Positions 12,922-25,715 of a stretch of DNA of 64,000 bases are shown in pieces. The notes beneath the pieces are model-generated. The model had not been told where the DNA came from. It ran no database searches and was given only the letters and a program-made list of their open reading frames with translations. This stretch comes from Octopus vulgaris. Taxonomy: Eukaryota. Location of the stretch: assembly GCA_951406725.2 (NCBI GenBank), contig OX597815.1, positions 157,356,001 through 157,420,000 of the forward strand. Reading direction: 5' to 3'. The position numbers and the translations under genes were made by a program. How positions within the stretch are numbered: the first letter of the stretch is position 1; each line of letters opens with the position of its first letter.

Positions 12922-14280
12922 TAGGTAGGTAGGTATATATATACATATATGCAATCGTCAGATTTACAATTATTACAACACATCTTCAGGTTCTGTTTCA
13001 AAATATTATATATCTAATTTTACATCCCTTTAAAAAATAAGCAATACAATTAAGTATTAAAGATTAAAAATTAAGAATCAAAAATTAAAAATTAAAATTG
13101 TACTTTGTAATATTAAGAATTAAAATTTATAAATTATACATTATAAATATGAATTAGTATATATATCAATCATGTAAAATCAAGTATATGACAAATACAG
13201 AATGCGAGATATAAGATTGTACATCAGAATAAAAATGTGTTTAAATGTGATATATAACAAGAAGATATCAGGGAACTATGGGTATTTATAGGTGATTATT
13301 CCCGAGGGAGGAAGTAATTACACAAGATTTAATTTTAAATTATCCTCTATTATTATTTTCAAATTTACCTATATTGGAGGCTATATATAATTTGTTATTA
13401 TATAATTTTAGGAATATTTTATTCATATATTTATTTAAATTATTGCATTATTTTCTATCATTTATATAGTCTATTCAAGGGCTTTAGAAATGATATTATG
13501 TGGTTATTTGATTCAGGGGTTGGGGGTTCGGTACTTCATTTTACTAAATGTAAAATTACTGCGGTGCCTACATTTAATTCTTCGTTCATCATATGTGTTT
13601 AATAATTCATCTCTAGACTGTAGTAGTTTCATAAATTCCGTTATGCATAATAAACACATTTTATTCCCAATATTATAGGAGTGGTCTCTACCTATAATAC
13701 TCCAATTAAGGATCTACTTTCTTTTTCTTGATTTTAATTCCCATATATATTTACTTAAGCCCGTAGACTTACTTAAATTGGGATTTTTAAAGGTCTAGTA
13801 GTGTTGGGATATTTTTAAAAATTTCATTAGCTGTTGATCCAACGTAAACATTATTTATATTTTTATTATTATTGTTCTTAGAGTTAACTATACATTTATA
13901 AATTACATTATCGATATTACAATAATTAGAGAGTTTACATTTAGTCTTATCACGACATGAAGATTTTTCTATATGTTGATTAAGACTTCTATCACTATCG
14001 GTTATATTATGGCTAGAGCTATTATTTAAGTTATTATAATAATTATTTACTTTCTTATTATTTATAGAAGAAATGATATTGCCTACATTTCTTGATGTTG
14101 AGTGTCCCACTCTTATGGTTTTACTGGAAAATATATTTGAATAACTACTGTCCTTTTTAAAAATAGTTTTACAATTTTAAGTGCCTTCTTAATAATAGCC
14201 CAAAAGGTATAATTAACCATAGCGCCATAATAAACCAGGAGCTTTTATATGCGTACTCAAAACCATTTCCCGTAAACAAC
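12700..14280 (-). mobile_element. Penelope-like element (Neptune type) remnant: linker, GIY-YIG endonuclease and 3'UTR with HHR; ends approximate
   Basis: ORF 13787-14110 SSCRDKTKCKLSNYC..NVIYKC.V...VYVGSTANEIFK (Cys-rich linker + GIY-YIG), then STGLSKYIWELK in a shifted frame; (TA)n at the right boundary. Confidence 0.75.
12773..12993 (-). ncRNA. Type I hammerhead ribozyme with microsatellite-expanded loop II
   Basis: Minus strand: GAAC CTGAAGA t GTGTTG [about 180 nt incl. (CA)n(TA)n] CAATAC t GAAAC aggt GTA GTTC. Confidence 0.6.
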
Positions 14281-14314
14281 TTATATGTATATATACATAT
14301 ACATATATATATAT

Positions 14315-15940
14315 AATTTCAGTAAAACAATTAAGATTCAAGTGAGTTCCAATGAATTCACATGAATGTGGTACTTAACTTAGATGCACCAGAAATCTTT
14401 ATGGTATTAACCATAAAATAATGTGGGGTGATTATAAACAAGAAAAAACCAACACGAATGGATTAGTGTTTCAGTACAATTGTTTCATACGAAGAACAGA
14501 TTTATTAAAAGCTGCAAATATTGCTGCAAATACAAGTGCCCAGTATTCATCAGCCAAAACACATATGAGTTTTCCAAACATCCTAGGGGGTGAGGCTACA
14601 CTCATGAAGTATCGAAGAGAGTTCTATGAAAAACAAAGTTAGATTGTAAGCAGACTTAAAACGTTTTCTAATGATGCACAGTTTTATAAAAGGTTTTTAA
14701 AAAAAGATTGTTAGCTTCACAGAAAAGGTAAATCCATCCATAATAATGCAGGTGCAATTTCCGGAGATATGAGGAGAGATTTTATTCTCGGAGAAGATGA
14801 ATGTATCCAAAATAATGCAGATGTAATTTCCTGATATATGAGGAGAAGATGCTGATCACACATCTATTCGTTTCACCAAACTACGTTGTTGGAAGAAGAG
14901 ATTGGCTATAGTGGCTGAAAGAAGTCGCAAAAGAAGTCAGTGAAGCAGAAACCGCCCAAATAAGGACATTATGGGAGGAAGGGGTGTAAGTACTCAACCT
15001 ACAAAGTTTAGTTTATTTCTGTGGTGACAGAAAATTTAGGTCAGTGTTGCAGGAATTTAAGATTTCTAAGAGAACATTATTTTTGACCATTCGACAGCTA
15101 TTAACTGCCACTCCTACAGAGTTAATGGCGGGATAAAGAATATAAAGAGATCAAAGGAAAGAATTAAAGGGGTCAAAGGCTATCAGTAGAGGAAAATACA
15201 TTAAGAAATTTAAGTGCAACACTAGAACAGGAGGTTATTTATTTATTTATTATTGTTTCCATTTATACTAATGTTTATAAATTGTAAGACAGACTTTAGG
15301 TCTATACCTAGAGGTCAATTAATTTCTATAGTAAATGGTGTGAGAGTATTGCTTATTCAAAATATAGTGAAAATTATAGTGAAAATTCTTTATATTATTA
15401 TTAAGGGAGTAGCATTACCTATTAAACTTAGAATAGAATTAGGAAGTATTAGCAATTTATTTGATTTAAGTTAGGTTAATTAAATTGACTATATAGTCAA
15501 TTAAAATTTGGCAACGTACAAATATTATTTGTTTCTTTGTGTTCTAAACAGGTACAGTTAGAAAGAAAAAAACACCAGTGGAAGAGCTCACAGATATCTA
15601 TTTAAAATATATTGGAGTTTTGCTTTTTTAGTAAGTACAAGATAGACCTAGCTCTATACGAATATATAAAATTTGTTAAATAACCGTATCGAATTAGGTC
15701 CATCTTGTATTCACTCAAAAATCAAGACTCTTAAATATTTTAAATAAAAATCGTATAGAATAATCGTATAGAGCTAGGTCTATCTTGTATTTACTAAAAA
15801 AGCAAAACTCTAATATATTTTAAATAGATATCTGTGAGCTCTTCCACTGGTGTTCTTAAATTTCTTAATGTATTTTCCTCTACTGATAGCCTTTGACCCC
15901 TTTAATTCTTTCCTTTGATCTCTTTATATTCTTTATCCCG
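14315..15940 (-). mobile_element. PLE 3' fragment with inverted (fold-back) 5' end
   Basis: Endonuclease C-terminus LLNNRIELGPSCIH at about 15672-15715 (+); inverted arms 15571-15661/15764-15854 and 15129-15214/15855-15940; HHR near the 3' end; (TA)n flank. Confidence 0.6.
14468..14560 (-). ncRNA. Type I hammerhead ribozyme with intact core
   Basis: Minus strand: GTTTTGG CTGATGA ATAC [loop] GTAT GAAAC aatt GTA CTGAAAC; 7-bp stem I with G-U pairs and palindromic AATT loop III. Confidence 0.75.
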
Positions 15941-16855
15941 TACCAAGTTTAAAGAAATATGTACTTACATATAAGACCGCTATATATATATGTATATGTA
16001 AAAAAATACAAACTGGGACAAGAATGCAAAACATTTAGAAGACGATACAAAAAACACGTACGGGACATTCGAAGCCGTCAATCTTCAGTCAAGGACCGGT
16101 CATCCTCGCAATTTCGGCTGATTAATCTTGAGATTGCTCCGATATGGCCAGCCCCAAAGGAAAATCTAAGCCAAGCGCATTAGATTCCTTGGAAGAAAGC
16201 CTCGAATGTATACAAAACAAGGACGGAAAAACGGACAATGTTACACGAATAAGAATACAAAAATACGTAAAAACAATAATGATAACACGAATAAGAATAC
16301 AAAAATACGTAAAATCAATAATGATAATAATAATAACAAAAACAGGACGTCACAGACAGGCGTCTTTTCGACAGGACGAGTAAACTTTGAGCTGGCGTGT
16401 TAAAAAAATGCCTTGGGGCAGAGAGAGAAAAAATGTGTCTTGCCGCGACGACTGCTAACCACGAAAAGGCCGGCAATCGGTCAGTTAGTCACGTATGAGG
16501 AGAAGAGAGAGGAAAAGAGGGACAGATGAAGAGAGAAAAAGGGGAATAAGGAACAAAGGAGGAGGAGAAGAGAGAGAGAGAAAGAGAGAGATCAAAGTGG
16601 AGTGCAAAGTGTGAAAGGCAGAGAAATGTAGGAGAGGGGGAGAGAGACAGTGTTTTAGAGTCGTACCAAGTTTAAAGAAATATGTACTTACATATAAGAC
16701 CAAAAGGGGTACTGGCGCCGCTATATATATATATGTATATGTAAAAAAATACAAACTGGGACAAGAACGCAAAACATTTAGAAGACGATACAAAAAACAC
16801 GAAGCCTTCAATCTTCAGTCAAGAACCGGATCATCCTCGCAATTTCGGTTGATAA
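15939..16855 (-). mobile_element. Unclassified microsatellite-associated repeat family F with terminal direct repeat (other copies 21982-22672 -, 24644-24830, 53300-54060 +)
   Basis: 15939-16122 is repeated at 16662-16853; shared blocks acgatacaaaaa, tttcggctg, tggccag.ccc and (GA)-rich tract. Confidence 0.55.
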
Positions 16856-16966
16856 ATATATATATACATATATATATACATATAGAAACCGGGACACCGG
16901 GCCCATGAGCCTCGCAAGGCTTGAAAAGGGTGCATAATATATATATGTATGTGTGTGTGGTGTGTG

Positions 16967-17006
<40 letters not shown>

Positions 17007-18736
17007 TGTGTGTGTGCGTGTGTGTGTATGTGTGTGTGCGTGTGTGTGTGTGTGTACAGTGAAAACAAGGTCTATTATGTCTGGTGAGCGGTTATGATAA
17101 CGGTTATGAAACTGCTAGTTGGAGAAAGCAAAATATGGTGCCGTAGTTTTAGCAGAGACACCACATCTGCCAGCCAGGTGTTGCAGTGTGTTGATTTGTG
17201 ATTATTTGCCGATCAGTCATTTAGCATTCTTCTGGATGCAGTGTAGGATGTGTATATCTAGTAACAGTACAGTCTGTGGGGAACACTGAGTTTTGTGGAG
17301 TGTCAAGTATTTTCTGGTCCAGAGCAGGAAAGTTAGTTTCTATGGTGTAATATAAACCCTGTTATATGAAGGCGTGTGGTTTAGCAGTAAGGATGTTCAC
17401 TAATGATTTTAAGATTGGCGTTTTGATCCCTGAACCAGATGGTGTGTTTTTTTCTTGAGCAAAACACTTCATTTCACGTTTCTCCTGTCCACTAACTTGT
17501 AAATGAGCTCTAAGAATATCAAGGAAATTAACACTGCAGTGGACCGGCGCCCCATACAGAGTGGAAGGAATGTTGTAATCTCAGTCATTTATTCGCCATA
17601 GTGACCGGGTTAAACTCTGGATTTATGAATCCCACGGCTCGAGACAGAAGATAGATTAGCTATGCTATCTATTTAAGAAGGCAACTAATGTGTAGTCAAT
17701 GTGTAACCTAGTATTTGTAGAGACATTTTCTAAATAGCTTATTATTTTATTATAAATATACATTCTCACTTTGCTGATACGAATTAGTAATTTTTTTTTT
17801 TTTCATATTATATATGAACTCTTCCATCTGATTCGATAAAAAAAACTCGTAAATCATATTATGAAGTTCGGAATCAACAAAGTTAGAAACCGTTGTCGTT
17901 GAAGTCGGAAATTAAAAACAATGATAAATTATGAAACTTGTAACTATATGATATTGGTCTCTTTTGGTTCGCAACATGGTCGGTTTGGGTAGAAAGATAT
18001 ATGGAGATGTTTTCGTAAAGTTACAGACATTATGCAGAAACTGTCGTTCGTTTTTGGAGGAATCTCCAAATGAAAATCTGATTGGATGTCTTCATGTTAG
18101 CATGCATACGAACAGATCTTCTTACAATAAATTTCGTCCTTTCACTTATTTATGGTTTATTTGTTGTTATGCTACGAGCGTGGTATCTCTGGTGTCGAAA
18201 TATCAGTTGTTTGTATTCATATAAATTGTATACCATAGTATAATGGTTACATTGTTATTATTCTAATTACATCCCTATAGAGAACTGATGTATAAGCATC
18301 AACGAATAAATCCACAATAATTAAGAAGTCAATTCATATCAGATTAAACTATGACAGGTTATTGCATTGCAGTAAATCCGAGTGTAAAAACCTAATAGGC
18401 TAAGAACAGAATATTTTGCATAAAACCAGAAAAGCATAAACATCGACATAGATCATACGTTATCCTAATAAAATAGTTCTTGAGCACAATTGAAGTATGA
18501 AGTATGTGAGATATTCCTGCTTTACTTCTAATTAGATAATTTGTTATTTCGAATAGTTTACAATGTCGAATTCTGATAATAAATAACTGAAATCTACTAA
18601 CCTTTAATTTTTATTTTTCATTTGTTTCAGTCATTGTACAACTCCCATGCTGATACACAACGTATCAAAATTTTGCATTCCATTACGCCACTTATTTTAT
18701 ATAATTCTGATGGAGTATTATATATTCTCTTTGCAG

Positions 18737-18970
18737 ATTGTCTTTGAGGGTTCAACAGAAACTGGTTACCAAGGAGATATAGCCATTGATGATATAAACA
18801 TACACGATGGACCGTGTCCTATCGATGCCCAGATAAAACCAGTAGCAGTTCCCGATATTGATATTGTTTCCCTAGCAAACAATCAAACTGCTCTAAAATC
18901 TATTAAGAAGAGAAGACGGAAGCTCTTGCGTCATTTCCGGCGGAGAAACGGCACGCGCCACGGTGAATAA
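18737..18970 (+). CDS. Terminal coding exon of a MAM-domain protein (end of MAM domain + basic tail)
   Basis: Acceptor ttctctttgcag|; IVFEG......GDIAIDDI....GPC is the canonical MAM C-terminal motif; TAA ending at 18970; AATAAA at 19001. Confidence 0.85.
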   Translation: MVFEGSTETGYQGDIAIDDINIHDGPCPIDAQIKPVAVPDIDIVSLANNQTALKSIKKRRRKLLRHFRRRNGTRHGE

Positions 18971-19320
18971 TAGTTAATAGACACACAGAGATAGTCTGCC
19001 AATAAAAGTACCTTGACGAATATATATATATACATATATATATTCATGAATATATATATATACACACACACGTATATGTATATATATATGTATATGTATA
19101 TATATATGTATATATATATATGTATATATATAAATACACATGTATATAAATATATGTATATATATACATACATATATATATATATATGACCATAACATTA
19201 GATATAGCTATACATATATAAATAAATAAATACAAATCTACATAGATACACAAATATACGTACATGCACAATTCTTTAATTACTAGATGCGCGTTTGTAT
19301 ACACGTGCATACATACATAG

Positions 19321-19374
<54 letters not shown>

Positions 19375-19534
19375 GCTTGGATGGATGGATGTGTGTATAC
19401 ATATGTATAGATGTATAAATATGAATGCATGTATATGTGTATAAATATATATGTATGCACACACATATACGAGTGCGTGTATGTGTGTAAAATATACGTG
19501 CATGTGTGTATACGCATATATATATATGTATTGT

Positions 19535-19574
<40 letters not shown>

Positions 19575-19770
19575 TTGCATAGTATCCATCAAAAATGACT
19601 GGCTTTAGCTGAATCTGGAATAAATGTTACGCACATAAATTTTATAGAAATATTATTGAGATATATTTATCAATTACTCCTAAATTTATGTTAAGATATT
19701 ACTTTATCTTCTTCAGTATATCACGATATATTTTCACCCTCTTTCTTTGTCTCTCTCACACACTCTCTCA

Positions 19771-19809
<39 letters not shown>

Positions 19810-20050
19810 TTCCTCTCTCACCTATCTCTATATCTTACTTCTTTTCTTTCACCTGTTTCAGGAGAGCCTTTGTTTTCTCATTCGCTGATCCTAAAACATA
19901 ACGGCATACACACACGTACACAAGCATGCCTACATACATATATACATACATACTTTCATACACTCATACATACATACATACATTCGCACATACATTCACA
20001 CATTCACACATACATACATACATACATACATACATACATACATACATACA

Positions 20051-20081
<31 letters not shown>

Positions 20082-20378
20082 GAATGTATGGGTGTATGTC
20101 TTTGCATTAAAAGAGTAAAATTAAGAAGATTATGAGGTAAAGAATCACAAATAAATATGTGCAGTTAAAGAATACTCGCGGTGGAAAAGGCAGAAAAATA
20201 GAACGAAACAATAGCAACAAAATATTATGTACTGTGACAGACAATAACACGTGCAATGACATTAAATACTTCAAATGAAATGAACATGAAAAAACTATTC
20301 ACTTTATTAACTTTATTAAAATGAAGTGAAAGCTATAAGACGATCAGAGAAACCTATACAGCATCAACATATATACAC

Positions 20379-20457
<79 letters not shown>

Positions 20458-20496
20458 AAAGAAGTTTGAAGACGCCACTATATAAGATAAATTTTA

Positions 20497-20545
20497 ATTT
20501 TACATGTTTCGGATCTTCTTGCAAAAAACGAACCTTATCAAAAAT
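20497..20545 (-). ncRNA. Decayed hammerhead relic in a short insert between (TA)n tracts
   Basis: ATTT TTGATAA GGTTC...GATCC GAAAC at GTA AAAT; two core transitions relative to CTGATGA. Confidence 0.4.
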
Positions 20546-21062
20546 ATTTTTTAAAGTTAAGTGTAATAAAATGTCATAATTGTTTCTTACTACTCTCAGC
20601 AGAGTCCACGTGGTGGTGTTTCGTGGGGGTGGGGGGAGGAGCATAATGACTGTCTTGTGCGTTGGCTAGATTCGTTCGCTGTAATCGCGAAAAAAACATA
20701 TATATGTGAGTGTGTGTATATATGTATGCATATATATGTTTAGCTAATATATTTGTTTCTATATGTATTATATGTATATATATTCGTATATATAAACATA
20801 AGCGTAAATATATACCTATAAAATATTTATACACACGCACACACACACACACACACATACACACATACACACATATATATATATATATATATATTTACAG
20901 ATATATATAAATATATAGGAATATATAGATATTCCTATAGATAAATATGAATACATACATATATCAATATATATATATATATGAATATATATATGCATAA
21001 ACATATATTCATATATATATATAAATATATATATATATAACATATATGTATATATATAACAC

Positions 21063-21140
<78 letters not shown>
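21063..21140. repeat. (TAA)n microsatellite
   Basis: Perfect trinucleotide run. Confidence 0.95.
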
Positions 21141-21152
<12 letters not shown>

Positions 21153-21929
21153 TTGCTGTAAACATACTAAAACTATCAAGCATTTGAACTATCAAGTTTA
21201 GCATTAACCTCACACCCAACCAACTCTGGTTTCTTGAATATATGAACAATTCAAAAGATGTTAAACGGGTTGAATTATATTTTTCTGAAATAAATATTTA
21301 ATAATAAACTATATTCAATAAGACATATATATTTGAGCATGTCGTTAAAGTAGCTCACAATATTTTCCAATCAAACCCTAATGACCGAATATTTGCTAAG
21401 TACAATATTTTAACTGAATTTATTGCTCTTTTTAATTATTATTTTGTGTGAGTGCGATGTCTAAGAAGGAACGGTGGGACGTCGAACAAAGTGCCTTCAG
21501 TTATGACTCTATATCGTTTCAGTTCAAAGTCCCACTAGAGTCGACTCTGCTTCCCATCCTTCTTGGACGTATAAATACCGGTAAATTACTGGGATTGATA
21601 TATTCACCTATAGCTATCCCATATATTTGAGACACAGTTTTTCTACAAACAAATATATTTGTGTTCATCTGTATGTATGCGTTTGTGTGTGCGTGACTAT
21701 TGAAGCTTGATTAATAAAACCTTTTGGTTGTATCTATAGACTTTTACATGAAATATATATTTTAATTAGCCCTCACCCCCAACCCCATCTTTTTCTAATA
21801 CTATCAAGACCATTAACACTTTTTGTACTTTGTTTCCTTTATGAACAATTGTTTCTCATTGTATTGTTGTATTGTATAAAAATTGCTTAAATATTATTTT
21901 ATTTTACTGTTGGTATATACGTATACATT

Positions 21930-21985
<56 letters not shown>

Positions 21986-22686
21986 AAATAAAGAACGCAA
22001 GAGGCGACAACAAAACATCCAGACAGACGATACAAAAAGGGAGAAGAAAAAACAAGGACAGATGATCGAAGTTTTCTATTTTCAGTCGAGTTCTGGATAT
22101 TCTCAGTAGTTTCGGCTGGTTATACTCGAGACTACTCCAATCTGGCCAGTCCCAAGAGAACTAAGCTAAGAGCACTAGTTTCCTTGGAAGAACACAGCGA
22201 ATGTATACGAAAACAAGGACGAAAAAACGGAGAAATGGTACACGAATACAAATGCAAACAAGAGGACATTAGCATCAGGTGTCTTTCGACTAGGGACGAA
22301 TTAAATTGAACTGGTGTATGTGGAAGTAAAGCCTTACGGCAGGGGCATAAGTAATGACAGGCATGGGAAGGAATATAGATGTTATACAGATGGTAGTCGA
22401 ACCGAGAAAGAAAGGTCAGGCTTGGCGGAACGCTGATCACGTGGGAGGAGAGGAGATAGGTAGAGGCAGAGGGACAGAAGAATCAGGGAGGGGCGAGAAA
22501 GAAAGAAAAAAGAAAAGGGACAGAGTGAGGTAAAAGAGGAGGGAAAGTGAGAATGAAGGGAAGTCCAAGAAATGTGAGAGAGGGGGAGCGAAAGAAAAAA
22601 GATTGTAAAGAATGAAGTAAGAGTGAAGGGGATGAAAGAAAGAAAGAAAGAATAAGAGAGTCGTACAAAATTTATATATATATATA

Positions 22687-24441
22687 CTAGCATTATGACC
22701 CGTCGTTGCCGGGTCATAGTGCTCGTGCATGTATATATGTGTATATATATGTGTACATATTATATTTACATCTATATATATACATCTACACATAAAATAC
22801 AAAATAAAAAGTTATATCTTGATATCGCTAGTGATAACAATACTCAAAATATATAACAGACTGAAATTGTAGGCCCGTCTCTTGCAATTTCGACCAATTG
22901 TATCTTGTCCTCCCTCTTGTATAGAAGTGTGGCTACAATCCAGCCTACATCTACTTCTGGGGGGGGGGACATTTTTAATTTTTATCCGGGACGTCCTACG
23001 TTCCAGATATAAAGGTAAAAACAAAGTATTTCCACTTTGCAAGGTTCGAGTCAAGTACTCCCTTGCACGCTCCGTTGACTCGAACCGTGCCTCTATTGTA
23101 GCAAATTTACCGCCTCTGGTTAGATATCTTTCATAGTCGCACCAAGACACTTTTCGATGGTGCTTTCCTCCAGGTGTTCAAATTTTTTTTTCTCTACATT
23201 GTATACTTTATAGACAATAGTCTTTTCTTTAATTTAATTTTTTATTTCTTTTGGTGGTGTTATCCTAGATTCACCGTCTTTGTTGGTGATCAATTCGAAA
23301 TAGGTTTGTATTTCTTCCATTTTAATTTTAATGAGTTCGGACCCGGCGACGGCTGCAGCGAAATTCCTTTTTGGACTTTCTTCTATCGAAGACATTCTAA
23401 CAAAAATGCTTCCGTGTAAACGGTGAAAATATTGTCACTTTCCCCAAACAGGGACACAATTCAATTTTTAAACAATAACCAAAGCTCCTTCTCCCAAAGG
23501 GGGGGTTACAGTTTACAATTATTTAACAAATGCAACACAACAACGTTTTCCTTACGAGGAACCAACAAACGTGATAACAATAGTTAAACAGTAATAATAA
23601 CAACAAACCTTACGGTGAATCAAAAAGCAGTACGCAGTTGAAGCTATAGTCCATTATGTATAAGAAATAAACCAACAGCAGTACTCAGTAGAAGCGGCTG
23701 TCCGAGAAAACAGACATTACATACAGCCAAAGCATATAGATATTTAATGCTAGCTAATTAGCAGATAATCTAATGTAAAAGCCGTTCTAAACGGTATGTG
23801 CACACCTCCATCTGGACTATTCCATTTCTGCACGCTAATTTTATTTTTAATTTATTCCCATTCATGTGAAACCACTTATTCAAGTTCAAGTCATTGATGC
23901 AATTTTATACCAATTGCTATTTTTTACTTTTGTTATGTTACGATTATATTATACTTTAGTTTGATTTTAATTATTACTTACCACATATAATTGAATTTTT
24001 ATTATCTCTATTTTTTATTGTTAAAGTGAAAGAATCTGATATAAAATAGAGAAATGTTTTTGTTTCACTTATAACAGGTAATACTGAAACAGTGGAGAAG
24101 ATATGATATTTCTATGGGCTCGCCCTAGGCAAAAAGTTGAACATGTTTTTTGCCCATGAAACTACATGGAGCCTAAGTAAGGCATGTGTAAAATTTGAAT
24201 AAAATTGGTTGTGTAGTTCTCAAGTTTTAGGGAATCTTAGTGGAGAAGATATGATATTGCTGTGGGCCCGCCCTAGGCAAAAAGTTAAAAACTTTTTTTG
24301 CTGATGACACTCCCCGAACCCTAAGTAAGGCATGTGTAAAATTTGAATGAATGGTTGCGTAGTTCTCAAGTTTTAGGGAAACACACAGACAGACTGATAG
24401 ACAGACAGAAACACACACATTCTCAGTTTTATATATATAGA
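22687..24441 (-). mobile_element. Non-autonomous Helitron
   Basis: Minus strand starts TCTATATATATAAAA and ends with hairpin atgacccggcaacgacgggtcat then CTAG; inserted between A and T; internal ~150-bp tandem units 24090-24380. Confidence 0.75.
22860..23730 (-). pseudogene. Tx1/L1-like 5'UTR and ORF1 fragment inside the Helitron
   Basis: YLTRGGKFATIEARF...FLPLYL.R..SRIKIKNVPP aligns by eye with the 61717 ORF (ISRGVKFATV...FLPSY.G...AWICGLPP). Confidence 0.55.
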
Positions 24442-24467
24442 TATATATATATATTTATATATATATT

Positions 24468-24505
<38 letters not shown>

Positions 24506-25009
24506 TGTCTGTGTGTGTCTGTGTCTGTGTCTGTGTGTGTGTGCGTGTGTGTGTTTGCGAGCGCGCTTATACGGAGTTGGTAAAATAAGTACCAGTTAAG
24601 TCCTGGGTTGACTTACCCCTCCAGCCCGAAATTGCTGGCCTTGCAACAGGCGACAACAAAACATCCATACAGTTAAACGATACAAAAATGGACAAGAAAA
24701 ACAAGATAGAAAACTCTGCATGACCAGTCCTTGTTTTTCCTTGTCCCTTTTTGTATCGTCCAACTGCTTGGATGTTTTGTTGTTGCCTTTTGCCTTCTTG
24801 TTCCATTTTTGTATTCTTTTTTTATATATACATATAGAAGCGTACGTTCACTTTTGGTCTCATATATATGTATATATATATAAGAGATAATAGTGCCATT
24901 GAGACCCAAAGGCGTCAGGTAATGCTGAATAAATGCTATAGACAGACCATAGTTAAGTTCCAGATTCGGGTTTGTGTGTGTATGTGTGCGTGTGTGTATG
25001 TGTGTGTGC

Positions 25010-25095
<86 letters not shown>

Positions 25096-25447
25096 GAGCG
25101 CGCTCAAACGGAGTTGGTAAAATAAGTACCAGTTAAGTCCTGGGTTGACTTACCCCTCCAGCCCGAAATTGCTGGCCTTGTACCAAAATTTGAAACCAGA
25201 GTATTTTTCAACTCTCAAGGCGGTAAGCTGGCAGAATCGTTAGCAATCTGGACAAAATGCTTAGCGTCATTTCGTATGCCTTTACGTTCTGAGTTCAAAT
25301 TCCTCAAAGGTCTACTTTGCTTTTCGTCATCTCAGAGTTCATAAAGTGAATACTGGTTTTCTTGCAATTGACTTACACCCTTACCCCGAAATTGCTGGCC
25401 TAGTGCAAAAATTTTAAACTAATATATTTTACAAGCCTTACATTAGA

Positions 25448-25540
<93 letters not shown>

Positions 25541-25664
25541 TATGTATATATATATACATATATATATATATACATATATGTAGGTCCCGGGTTGAGTCGG
25601 GGTTAACCACAGTAAATAAGGTACTCAATACATAGCAGAGTAAATTAATTTATTATATAGAAGG

Positions 25665-25715
25665 AGCTTCTACAGGACTAGAACTGTTTCATTCAAAAGA
25701 AATCATCAGGAAGCT
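25665..25715 (-). ncRNA. Type I hammerhead ribozyme (left arm)
   Basis: Exact reverse complement of 30411-30461. Confidence 0.8.

Noticed and set aside
16244-16330. CRISPR-like array
   Set aside because: Two tandem ~42-bp units without unique spacers, in eukaryotic repeat DNA with no cas genes
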